Shown: positions 1 through 7,919 of the stretch, piece by piece
Layout of the letters: every line of letters starts with the position of its first letter
Position numbering within the stretch: position 1 is the first letter of the stretch
Origin: Candidatus Hadarchaeales archaeon
Lineage (GTDB): Archaea > Hadarchaeota > Hadarchaeia > Hadarchaeales > Hadarchaeaceae
Direction of reading: 5' to 3'
Assembly (NCBI GenBank): GCA_038851565.1
Contig: JAWCKV010000023.1
Span: 1-15,022, forward strand
Length of the DNA: 15,022 nucleotides
Made by a program: the position numbers and the translations under genes
The notes under the pieces: model-generated
The model's input: only the letters and a program-made list of their open reading frames with translations
The model's database searches: none
What the model was told of the DNA's origin: nothing

Positions 1-698
1 TATACATTGAAGTGGAAGATGCTTGCGGCCAGCACGGCATCTGCCCGGCCATCTGTTAGGGCCTCAAGGAAGTGCTCAAGCTTCCCTGCGCCGCCGGAGG
101 CTGTGACCGGAATCCTCACGGCATCCCTAATTGCACGCAGACCTTCGATATCATATCCCTGCCTCATACCGTCCGTGTGCACACCCGTGTACAGGATTTC
201 TCCTGCCCCCAGGGATTCTGCACCCTTTGCCCATTCGATCATGTCCATGCCAGTCGGCTGGGTTCCCCCGTTGATGTAGACCTCCCACCCGCCGGCGTTT
301 CTCTTCCCGTCTATCGCGCATATCACACTTTTCGATCCCAGCTCATCGGAAAGCTCTCTAAGGAGATCGGGCCTCTTCACTGCCGCGGTGTTAACGGACA
401 CCTTGTCGGCTCCTGCGTCCATGACCCTCACCGCATCCTCCACGCTCCTTATTCCGCCTCCGACCGAGAGGGGGATGGATATGGCCTCCGAGGCCTTTTT
501 CACCACCTCTATGAAGGTGGGTTTGTTCTCCGGTGTGGCTGTTATGTCCAGGAGCGCGAGCTCGTCAGCCCCGTCGTCCTCGTACTTCGCTGCGAATTTC
601 ACGGGATCTCCCAAGTCCCTCATGTTGCGAAACATGACTCCCTTTACGAGCATGCCGTGCCTGGTGTCGAGACATGGTGTGACGCGCTTGAACATCAT
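1..698 (-). CDS. hisF: Imidazole glycerol phosphate synthase cyclase subunit (3' end runs off the window)
   Basis: Not in the ORF track; translated by hand from ATG at 698, which overlaps the hisB stop (ATGA): MMFKRVTPCLDTRHGMLVKG...GADELALLDITA...VGGGIRS...GADKVSVNTAAV...AIDGK...GAGEILYTGVHTDG...ASGGAG...VLAASIFHF. The HisF motifs and both catalytic Asp positions are present. Confidence 0.96.
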   Translation of the reverse strand, partial: MMFKRVTPCLDTRHGMLVKGVMFRNMRDLGDPVKFAAKYEDDGADELALLDITATPENKPTFIEVVKKASEAISIPLSVGGGIRSVEDAVRVMDAGADKVSVNTAAVKRPDLLRELSDELGSKSVICAIDGKRNAGGWEVYINGGTQPTGMDMIEWAKGAESLGAGEILYTGVHTDGMRQGYDIEGLRAIRDAVRIPVTASGGAGKLEHFLEALTDGRADAVLAASIFHFNV

Positions 699-1270
699 AT
701 CACGCCCTTTGTGCTCGGTATTTCCCCGCTTTTTCTGGACCTTCCGCACGCCTTGGAAAGGGCCACCCCCAGCGCCTTGAATATGGCCTCGGCCTTGTGG
801 TGGTCGTTCTCTCCCCTGAGGACCTCCACATGCAGATTCATCCTGCAGTTAACGGCCAGCGTCTGTAGTAGATGTGCCACGAGATCGGTGCTCAGGTCCT
901 CTATTTTTTTCTTCCAGAACTTGACCTTGATGTCCGCAAAGGCTCTTCCTGAGAGGTCTATTGCGGCCATCACAAGCGCATCGTCCATTGGGACTATGGC
1001 ATCACCCATGCGCGCAATGCCGGCCTTTTTCCCCAGCGCCTCGTCAATGGCCTCGCCCAGCACGATCATGGTATCCTCGGCCACATGGTGGGGAAGGTCT
1101 CCCCTGGAGGTGATCTCTAAGTCAAATGATCCGTGCTTGGCAAACGTTTCTAAAAGGTGGTCCAGGAACTTTATTCCTGTCTCCACCCGGGCCTGCCCAC
1201 TCCCATCGAGGTTTATCCTCACCGTCACGGCGGTTTCCTTGGTTTTTCTGCTCCTCTTAGATGTTCTCAT
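695..1270 (-). CDS. hisB: Imidazoleglycerol-phosphate dehydratase (monofunctional, no phosphatase domain)
   Basis: C-terminal part of track ORF 695..1567. The likely start is ATG 1270, overlapping the hisA stop (ATGA). Motifs: RKTKET, TGIKFLDHLL, HHVAED, PMDDAL, NDHHKAEAIFKA, PSTKG. Confidence 0.97.
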   Translation of the reverse strand: MRTSKRSRKTKETAVTVRINLDGSGQARVETGIKFLDHLLETFAKHGSFDLEITSRGDLPHHVAEDTMIVLGEAIDEALGKKAGIARMGDAIVPMDDALVMAAIDLSGRAFADIKVKFWKKKIEDLSTDLVAHLLQTLAVNCRMNLHVEVLRGENDHHKAEAIFKALGVALSKACGRSRKSGEIPSTKGVI

Positions 1271-1980
1271 GCCTCTGCCACCTCCATCGCCTGTTTTAAT
1301 GTGAACCTTCCCTCGTATAACGCCATCCCCACTATTGCACCCTGCACCCCCACCCTTTTCAGCGCGAGTATGTCGTCCAACCCGCCTATCCCGCCGGATG
1401 CATACACTGGGGTTCTGAGATTTCTCACGAGTTCCCTCACGCTCTCTAGGACCACCCCCTCCATTGTGCCCTCCACGTCCACATTTGTGAACAGAAAGGA
1501 GCCCACCCCCATCCTCTCGAACTCCAGTCCGAGCTCGAGCGGCGTCCTGTTCGATTCCCTTTGCCACCCCTCAATTGTCACCTTTCCGGATCTCGAATCA
1601 AGGGCCACCATCACCCTGTTTCCTCCCGCCTTTTTTACCAGCTCGCGCACCAGTTCTGGGTTTTTAACGGCGGCGGTCCCGATGATCACCCTGTCCGCTC
1701 CCGCCCCCAGTATCTCGTCCGCTCTCTCATAGCTTCTCACTCCTCCTCCCACCTCCACACCAATGCTGACAACCGAGAGTATCTCAACTATCCTCTTGAG
1801 GTTATCTCCCCTGCCCATGGCGGCATCGAGGTCAATCACGTGCAGGTATCTGGCTCCCTTGGCCTCCCACCTCAGTGCCACCTCCACGGGATCGCCGTAT
1901 GTCTTCCCGCTTTCGGGCCTGCCCCCGATTAGCTGCACACATCTTCCCCGCATTAGGTCGATGCTCGGAATCACGATCAA
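1267..1980 (-). CDS. hisA: ProFAR isomerase
   Basis: IPSIDLMRGRCVQL, LHVIDLDAA, VGGGVRS, IIGTAA, VALD, YASGGI, GAIVGMALY; TTG start; his-operon context. Confidence 0.95.
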   Translation of the reverse strand: MIVIPSIDLMRGRCVQLIGGRPESGKTYGDPVEVALRWEAKGARYLHVIDLDAAMGRGDNLKRIVEILSVVSIGVEVGGGVRSYERADEILGAGADRVIIGTAAVKNPELVRELVKKAGGNRVMVALDSRSGKVTIEGWQRESNRTPLELGLEFERMGVGSFLFTNVDVEGTMEGVVLESVRELVRNLRTPVYASGGIGGLDDILALKRVGVQGAIVGMALYEGRFTLKQAMEVAEA

Positions 1981-1990
1981 TCACGACACC

Positions 1991-2857
1991 CTATGGGATT
2001 ATTCGCTCTATTGGCACAACCAGTATGTCCCTGGCTCCTGCTTCTTTGGCCTTTCTTATGACCTCGTAGGTATCCCTCTCGTCAACCACTGCCTGAAGCG
2101 CGAGCATTGGTTCTGCGGCTTCCACGCGGGAAACGGTTGGTCCGGCCATTCCCGGCAGGACCCTCTTCACAATCTCCAGCCTGTCCTCCGGAACATTCAT
2201 GAGCACGAGCTTCTTCCCCCTCGCCATCACAACGCTGCTGAGGGCTGTGACTATCTTCCGTATTTTCTCTCCCTTTTCCTCAAGGCTTTTCCTGTTCGCA
2301 ATCAGGCGCGCTGTGCTCTCCATGATAACGTCAACGATCCTCAGCCCGTGCGCCCTGAGGGTGGTCCCCGTGCTCGTGACGTCCACTATCAGGTCTGCGA
2401 CCCCTATCAGAGGCGAGATCTCCGCTGCCCCGGTTATGCCGACTATCTCTATCTCTATTCCCCTCTGCGAGAAGTACTTCCTCGTGATCCCCGGGAATTC
2501 AGTGGCTACCCTTGATCCCGGCCGTATATCCTTCACAGTTCTTATGTTCGATTTCTCGCTGGCGGCCACAACCATCTTCGTGTAGCCGTATCCGAGGTCT
2601 AGGAGATCAACCACGTCGTCACCGCTTTCACAGACCAGGTCATAGCCGGTTATGCCCAGGTCGGTTGAGCCCTTGGACACAAAGTTCGGTATGTCCTCTG
2701 CCCGAACGAATACCAGCTCCACCTCGGGGTCGTTTGTCCTCGCAAAGAGCTGTCTGCCGTCCCTTCCCATCACCCCTATTCCCGATGCCTGCAGCAGGCC
2801 CACAGTGCTCTCCTCAAGGTGACCCTTTGGAATGGCAATTCTCAGCACCATTTTCAT
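1991..2857 (-). CDS. hisG: ATP phosphoribosyltransferase, long form with C-terminal regulatory domain
   Basis: IAIPKG, VRAEDIP, DLGITGYD, VATEFP, GAAEISP..G.ADLIVDVTSTGTTLRAHGL, and C-terminal PGM.GPTV...GARDILVVPIE. The start overlaps the hisC stop (ATGA). Confidence 0.97.
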   Translation of the reverse strand: MKMVLRIAIPKGHLEESTVGLLQASGIGVMGRDGRQLFARTNDPEVELVFVRAEDIPNFVSKGSTDLGITGYDLVCESGDDVVDLLDLGYGYTKMVVAASEKSNIRTVKDIRPGSRVATEFPGITRKYFSQRGIEIEIVGITGAAEISPLIGVADLIVDVTSTGTTLRAHGLRIVDVIMESTARLIANRKSLEEKGEKIRKIVTALSSVVMARGKKLVLMNVPEDRLEIVKRVLPGMAGPTVSRVEAAEPMLALQAVVDERDTYEVIRKAKEAGARDILVVPIERIIP

Positions 2858-3927
2858 CCCTCCTTCACTTTTTTTATCGCGCTAACGAGAGCAGAGTTCT
2901 GGCGCGGCGTCCCCACGGTGATCCTCACCCACTCCGGGCCAGCGCCCTTGAAGTCTGCCAGTTCTCTTATCATTATCCCCCTCCCCGCAAGATAGCTGCA
3001 CAGCTCTCTCCCATCCATGCCTGATGCCTGAGCGTTTACCATCAGGAAGTTACCCCTGGACTGAAGGACAGTGAAGCCCATGCCCTCCAGCTCCTTTTTC
3101 AACCATTCACGCCCCATCTTTATCTTGGTCACCACATATTTCAGGTATTTCCTATCCCTCAGTGCCTCAGCCGCAGCAGCCTGCGCCATCCTGTTCAGGT
3201 TGAAGGGGGCCCTTATCACATTGATGGCCTCAATGAGCTCTGGGTCGCCCACGGCGTATCCCACCCTCAGCCCAGCGAGACCAAACGCCTTTGAGAGCGT
3301 CCTGAGAACGAGCAGGTTTTTGTATCTCCCTACAAGCGGGACCACCGACTCACCGTCAAATTCTACGTATGCCTCGTCGACGATCAGGAGTCTTCCGGTC
3401 TTCAGAAGCTCTTCGACCTCTGCAACCGAGAGCATGTTCCCTGTCGGGTTGTTTGGGCGTCCGATAAATGCGGCCTTGACCCCCTCAAGCTTCTTTTTCA
3501 TGGCTTCAACCTGCCAGGTGAATCCGGGGAGCACGAAGAACTCCGGCTCTCCCCCGTTGGCCCTGCAGGAAATTTCGTACATGGCAAAGGTTGGAATCGA
3601 GATCAGGACTTTATCACCCGGATCCAGAAATGCCCTGCAGGCCAAGTCCATCAGCTCATCAGATCCGTTTCCCAGAACTATGCATCTCTCATCCACCCCA
3701 ACGTATGCCGATATCTCCCTTTTGAGTTCCTTGGAGTCAGGGTCCGGATAAGTTCCTATTCTCCTCATTTCTTTTCTCAAAGCCGCAATTGCCCTCGGCG
3801 AGGGTCCGTAAGGGTTCTCATTTGAGGCCAGGTTTATGATTCCTGTCCCGACGTTGTACTCCCTCGCGAGGGGATATGAGACCCTCTCCTCCAGTATCTT
3901 TCTAACTTTTTTCGATATCATGTTCAT
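2854..3927 (-). CDS. hisC: Histidinol-phosphate aminotransferase (PLP-dependent)
   Basis: LASNENPYG, GNGSDE, PNNPTG, VDEAY, and the PLP-lysine motif RTLSKAFGLAGLRVGY. Start trimmed to ATG 3927, which overlaps the upstream stop (ATGA) and follows GGTGG. Confidence 0.93.
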   Translation of the reverse strand: MNMISKKVRKILEERVSYPLAREYNVGTGIINLASNENPYGPSPRAIAALRKEMRRIGTYPDPDSKELKREISAYVGVDERCIVLGNGSDELMDLACRAFLDPGDKVLISIPTFAMYEISCRANGGEPEFFVLPGFTWQVEAMKKKLEGVKAAFIGRPNNPTGNMLSVAEVEELLKTGRLLIVDEAYVEFDGESVVPLVGRYKNLLVLRTLSKAFGLAGLRVGYAVGDPELIEAINVIRAPFNLNRMAQAAAAEALRDRKYLKYVVTKIKMGREWLKKELEGMGFTVLQSRGNFLMVNAQASGMDGRELCSYLAGRGIMIRELADFKGAGPEWVRITVGTPRQNSALVSAIKKVKEG

Positions 3928-4877
3928 CCACCAGATCCCAAGTATTTTCTCCATTCACCGCTTCTCTGGAAGGCAAGTTCGCTGGGCAGCCCGGCTTTTC
4001 TGAGTATCTCATCGGCCTCCTCTATCGTCTTTGTGTTCACAAGTTCTCTCGCTATGCCGTTCACCTTTTCAAACACAACAAATGGATCAAGGTAGAACGT
4101 GATGGCGGAGAAAGGGGTGATCAGGGCCTTCCTGTATCCCCCCCGTATCGGTATCAAACCTCTCAATCCCTTCGCTGCCTTTACCGCGAGCGCGCTCGAC
4201 TCGGTTTTAGTTGCAGGGATTACCCTCTCCAGCATGTCTATGTCCTCCGGGGTCAGCCCCCTCGCCCCAAGGAGCCCCCCGTATTCCGCCACAGCGGACA
4301 GGCGTTCAGTGAACTGCTCTAACGTGAGTTCTCCGTCAGTGCAGCACCCGAGTACCCCCAGGATGCTAGGGATATCAATCTTAACCATAGAGGCCAGCAT
4401 CATGCTGTCCGCCAGCATGCTCCTCAATCCCTCTTCTTTACCTGTTGCCAGAACGTCGCCTCCTGTGTCCACGCCCACAAAGAGATCCACCCCCATCTTC
4501 CCCGCCGCGGCGTTTATTCCCTTGACCAGACCCCTCACCCCCTGATTTGGATCTATGAGCAGCACATCCTCCCTGATGACCTCTGCCACCGCTGATTCCG
4601 TGAACCTCACACCTTTGACGGTTCTTGTTGAAGGATTTGCGATCCCCACGGTGTCCGATATCCGGGTTATGTTGACTATCTCGTCCATCCTCCTGGGGCC
4701 TGGCTCTGGGTCATTTACATAGCGTTCCCATGTCAGCCCCCCGAGGACTGTCTCGCAGCCCAGCATCCTCAGGTAGTTGGAGGTGGGGATGGCTCCCACC
4801 ACATCTCCACCTCCCCCTATGCCAACCACCATCGCCTTCTTCGATCTTTTTGCAACCGACTCCAGGGAACCTCTCAT
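3924..4877 (-). CDS. DUF1152-like protein of unknown function (317 aa)
   Basis: GIGGGGDVVG, TWER...DP.PGPR, VDTGGDVLA.G.E.GLRS.LADS and DGEL resemble the DUF1152 family. Start trimmed to ATG 4877 because the track's extension is just the AT-rich intergenic region. Confidence 0.8.
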   Translation of the reverse strand: MRGSLESVAKRSKKAMVVGIGGGGDVVGAIPTSNYLRMLGCETVLGGLTWERYVNDPEPGPRRMDEIVNITRISDTVGIANPSTRTVKGVRFTESAVAEVIREDVLLIDPNQGVRGLVKGINAAAGKMGVDLFVGVDTGGDVLATGKEEGLRSMLADSMMLASMVKIDIPSILGVLGCCTDGELTLEQFTERLSAVAEYGGLLGARGLTPEDIDMLERVIPATKTESSALAVKAAKGLRGLIPIRGGYRKALITPFSAITFYLDPFVVFEKVNGIARELVNTKTIEEADEILRKAGLPSELAFQRSGEWRKYLGSGG

Positions 4878-4904
4878 GACATCCCTTTGATAAATACAAT
4901 GATT

Positions 4905-4985
4905 TTTGTATATAAATTTTATCAAAAAATAAATTTTGTAAATTTTATTTACAAATAACAGAAAAGTATAAATTATGTTTACAGA
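4905..4985. promoter_or_regulatory. Divergent promoter region with a palindromic operator and flanking related boxes
   Basis: Perfect inverted repeat TTTGTAAAT-TTT-ATTTACAAA at 4935-4955. Minus-strand TATA TTTATATA at 4916-4909. Plus-strand purine-rich BRE-like CAGAAAAG plus TATAAA at 4959-4972. Strongly AT-rich against GC-richer flanks. Confidence 0.75.
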
Positions 4986-5008
4986 ATATTGAGTTGGGGG
5001 GTACAAAG

Positions 5009-5476
5009 GTGAAGCCCGGAGTAAAAAATGTTCAACTTGACGAAATCGACAGGGGCATTCTGAACATGCTCCAGGACGATGCGAAGCTCTCCTATGCGGT
5101 TGTGGCGAAGCGATTGGGGATAAGCCCTTCCGGCGTTCACAAGCGCATTAGGCGTCTGATGGAAGCCGGTGTCATAAAAAAGTTCGTAGTCGCCATAGAT
5201 CCCTCGATCTCAGGAAAGAGGCTCAAGGCCTTTATTGGTATCTCCACACTGCCCGGTACGTGCGGCGAGGTCATCTCCAGGCTTTCACAGAGAAATGAGG
5301 TGATGGAAATTCATGAAGTTGCTGGGGAGCATGATCTCTTCGTGAAGATAGTGGTTGAGGACACTCTGAAGCTCAATGACATCCTTCACGAGATGGACAG
5401 AATTCCGGGCGTGAGCAGCACGCGCACGCTGGTCGTGCTGAAGACGGAGAAGGAAACTGGAAAGATTCAGCTCTAA
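5009..5476 (+). CDS. Lrp/AsnC family transcriptional regulator
   Basis: N-terminal HTH LDEIDRGILNMLQDDAKLSY..VAKRLGIS...VHKRIRRL...GVI and RAM domain ..EIHEVAGEHDL...IPGVSSTRT. Start is probably GTG 5009 after a G-run; TTG 4994 is the alternative. Confidence 0.95.
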   Translation: MKPGVKNVQLDEIDRGILNMLQDDAKLSYAVVAKRLGISPSGVHKRIRRLMEAGVIKKFVVAIDPSISGKRLKAFIGISTLPGTCGEVISRLSQRNEVMEIHEVAGEHDLFVKIVVEDTLKLNDILHEMDRIPGVSSTRTLVVLKTEKETGKIQL

Positions 5477-5521
5477 TCGGTGTGGTTTAAACCTCCCGCG
5501 TCGGATATTGTATATGGTTGG

Positions 5522-7054
5522 ATGAAGTCAATCAGGATGAGGGTCAGGCCCCTTGACCTCGAGGCCGGGAGAAGATTCGTTCTGCTTCATGAGTCAGATG
5601 CGGAGCTTCTCGGATATTCGCCGGGAGACAGGGTGAGGCTCACCACCTCAAGAGGAAGCATGGTTGCGATGGCCAGCACCACAGCGAGGCTCGTTGGCAA
5701 GGGTGAGATCGGAAGCTGTGTCGAGACCACAACAGCGCTCGGACTCCGCACAGGGGATGAGATTGAAATATCGCTTGCCCCACGTCCGAGGGGGGTGGAT
5801 GCGATAAGGAAGAAGGTCGACGGAAGGCACCTCTCCTCCGAGGAGATCGGAGAGATAATTCGCGACATTGTGAGCGAGAGCCTGACCTCGGAGGAGATAT
5901 CGGCCTTTGTTGTGGCCGAACACATCCGCGGAATGTCGATGGATGAGATAGTGGCGATGATACATCACATGGTTGAAACAGGGGACAGGCTGGAGCTGGA
6001 TGTGGACTCGGTTTCAGATGTTCACAGCATAGGTGGGGTCCCTGGAAACAAATATGCGTTGGTCACGGTCCCGATCGCCGCTGCGGCGGGATTGGTTGTG
6101 CCCAAGACGAGCAGCAGGGCGATAACCAGCGCGGCAGGCACTGCCGATGTCATGGAGGTCCTCGCGAACGTCAGTTTCAGCTTGGATGAGATGCAGAGGA
6201 TTGTGAAGAAGGTTGGCGCAGTTCTCGCATGGGGCGGATCGGTGAGGCTTGCTCCGGCCGATGACATCCTCATCCAGGTCGAAAGGGTGCTGGGGCTTGA
6301 CCCGAGGTGTCAGCTTTTAGCCAGCGTGATGTCGAAGAAGCTGGCCGTGGGCGCAAACCAAATATTGATAGATATCCCCACAGGCCCAGGTGCCAAGGTT
6401 GAAAGCATGGATGAAGCACGTGCTCTTGCAAGGGATTTCATACAGCTGAGCCACCGGCTTGACGTCAGGCTTGAGGCGGCGATCACGTACGGTGGACAGC
6501 CTGTGGGCTATGCCGTGGGGCCAGCGCTTGAGGCGAGAGAGGCTCTAGAGACGCTGATGGGAAAAGGTCCTGGAAGCCTGATAGAGAAGGCCACAAGCCT
6601 GGCGGGCATAATGCTGGAGCTTGGAGGAGTTGCCAGGCTTGGTGGGGGAAAGGAGGTGGCGGAGGATATATTGAAATCGGGGAGGGCATATCGGAAGATG
6701 CGGGAGATAATAGAGGCTCAGGGAGGAAATCCTGACATTCAGCCCGGGGACGTTCCCGTGGGTGATAAGGTCGAGGTCATCCCCGCTCCAGCGTCGGGCT
6801 ATGTTGCCCAGGTTTTCAACCAGAGGATAAACGAGATAGCGAGGGCGGCAGGTGCTCCGGTGGATAAGGGTGCGGGTCTGAGGATACTGATGAAGGAGGG
6901 CAGAAAGGTTGAGAAGGGGGAGCCGCTGTTGGAGATATACGCGGAGCATGAGGGCAAGCTTGATCATGCGATATCAATAGCAAAGCAGAAGCCGCCGATA
7001 CGGATAGAGGGCATGGTGCTCGAAAAGGTGACAGGCGAACCGAGGCTCAGGTAA
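5522..7054 (+). CDS. deoA: AMP phosphorylase (archaeal thymidine-phosphorylase family, pentose bisphosphate pathway)
   Basis: N-terminal extra domain (VLLHESDAELLG..PGDRV), DVHSIGGVPGNK, PKTSSRAITSAAGTAD, LAPADD, GPALEA, AGAP.DKGAG. Start probably ATG 5522, with TTTAAA at 5486-5491 upstream. Confidence 0.92.
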   Translation: MKSIRMRVRPLDLEAGRRFVLLHESDAELLGYSPGDRVRLTTSRGSMVAMASTTARLVGKGEIGSCVETTTALGLRTGDEIEISLAPRPRGVDAIRKKVDGRHLSSEEIGEIIRDIVSESLTSEEISAFVVAEHIRGMSMDEIVAMIHHMVETGDRLELDVDSVSDVHSIGGVPGNKYALVTVPIAAAAGLVVPKTSSRAITSAAGTADVMEVLANVSFSLDEMQRIVKKVGAVLAWGGSVRLAPADDILIQVERVLGLDPRCQLLASVMSKKLAVGANQILIDIPTGPGAKVESMDEARALARDFIQLSHRLDVRLEAAITYGGQPVGYAVGPALEAREALETLMGKGPGSLIEKATSLAGIMLELGGVARLGGGKEVAEDILKSGRAYRKMREIIEAQGGNPDIQPGDVPVGDKVEVIPAPASGYVAQVFNQRINEIARAAGAPVDKGAGLRILMKEGRKVEKGEPLLEIYAEHEGKLDHAISIAKQKPPIRIEGMVLEKVTGEPRLR

Positions 7055-7058
7055 TTTT

Positions 7059-7814
7059 TCAAAGCATCGCGAGGATACCCCAGTACATATCTCCATAGCA
7101 CACTGAGACAAGAAGTCCGGCCGCCAGAAAGGGACCGAAGGGGACCACCCGTTTTACCCTTATTTCGTTTTCAATTCTCTTCTCGCTCACAAGCCTTTTG
7201 AGCCTGATGATCTGTGCCCTTGTGAGTCCAGAGGCCCTGTTTGGATTAGTATACGTGTTTCCACTGGGCCCGCTGAAGGAAAGGATCGCACTTTTTCTGA
7301 ACAGTTTTCCATTTCTTTCTACAATCCATTCTGCTGGGATCATCCCCTCTTTCAGGTCGGTTATCTTACAACGTTTGTAGAACGCGCCCTCTCCTTTGGC
7401 ATAGGAGAGCAATGCATACGCCAGGATCACCGGGATGGCCACAAGCGCCGTATTGAAAAGTACTGTGAGGGCAAAGAGAGGATATTCCGAGGAGTACGGT
7501 GCCGGTGCGAAGGGCGGGGAAAATGACGGGAGAAGTGCCCCGAATGCGGAGAAGAGCTTCACATCGCCTCCTGCCCACCCACCTGTGATCCAGAGAAGGT
7601 ATCCAATCAGAAAGGCGATGCCGAAACCGATGAAGCCTCTAAGACAAAGCAGCAGGTTAGAGCTGTATATCCCAAGAAATAAATGAAATATAATGCCAAA
7701 GGCTGTTGCAGGATATGTGGCCCTGTTGGGGATTATGCGCCAACGGATGTCAGTGTAGGTAGAAACTAACGCTACAAAGATGGCTATGGCCACGGGCATG
7801 AAATCTACGTTCAT
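7059..7814 (-). CDS. Prepilin/preflagellin peptidase, family A24
   Basis: Multi-transmembrane protein with YTDIRWRIIPN (first Asp), WAGGDVKL (GxGD-type Asp) and C-terminal VPFGPFLAAG. Start trimmed to ATG 7814; the track's extension is antisense to the thermosome gene. Confidence 0.88.
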   Translation of the reverse strand: MNVDFMPVAIAIFVALVSTYTDIRWRIIPNRATYPATAFGIIFHLFLGIYSSNLLLCLRGFIGFGIAFLIGYLLWITGGWAGGDVKLFSAFGALLPSFSPPFAPAPYSSEYPLFALTVLFNTALVAIPVILAYALLSYAKGEGAFYKRCKITDLKEGMIPAEWIVERNGKLFRKSAILSFSGPSGNTYTNPNRASGLTRAQIIRLKRLVSEKRIENEIRVKRVVPFGPFLAAGLLVSVCYGDMYWGILAML

Positions 7815-7865
7815 CGTCTCCGTTATCACTTTCTTCCAACTATTATATTGCTGCCTCCAATTTTC

Positions 7866-7880
7866 CGAAAAAGTTAAATA
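7866..7880 (+). promoter_or_regulatory. Putative BRE plus TATA of the thermosome gene
   Basis: CGAAAAAG followed by TTAAATA about 40 bp upstream of ATG 7920; AGGGTG ribosome-binding site at 7909-7914. Confidence 0.6.
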
Positions 7881-7919
7881 CCCATCAGAAAGTAGATGAA
7901 CATCTGGTAGGGTGTTAAT

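Noticed and set aside
72..1304. 410-aa plus-strand ORF and other plus-strand ORFs over 1-4545
   Set aside because: Antisense shadows of well-supported his and DUF1152 genes, with no recognisable motifs.
1271..1567. Apparent N-terminal extension or fusion on HisB
   Set aside because: It is an alternative frame inside hisA; the ATGA overlap at 1270 gives a normal-length HisB.
4878..5006. N-terminal extension or leader peptide (attenuator) ahead of the his operon
   Set aside because: It is a translation of the AT-rich promoter region; there is no His-codon run and no terminator/antiterminator hairpin.
7055..7059. TTTTT after the AMP phosphorylase stop as a terminator
   Set aside because: Plausible, but too short to support, and it abuts the convergent gene's stop codon.
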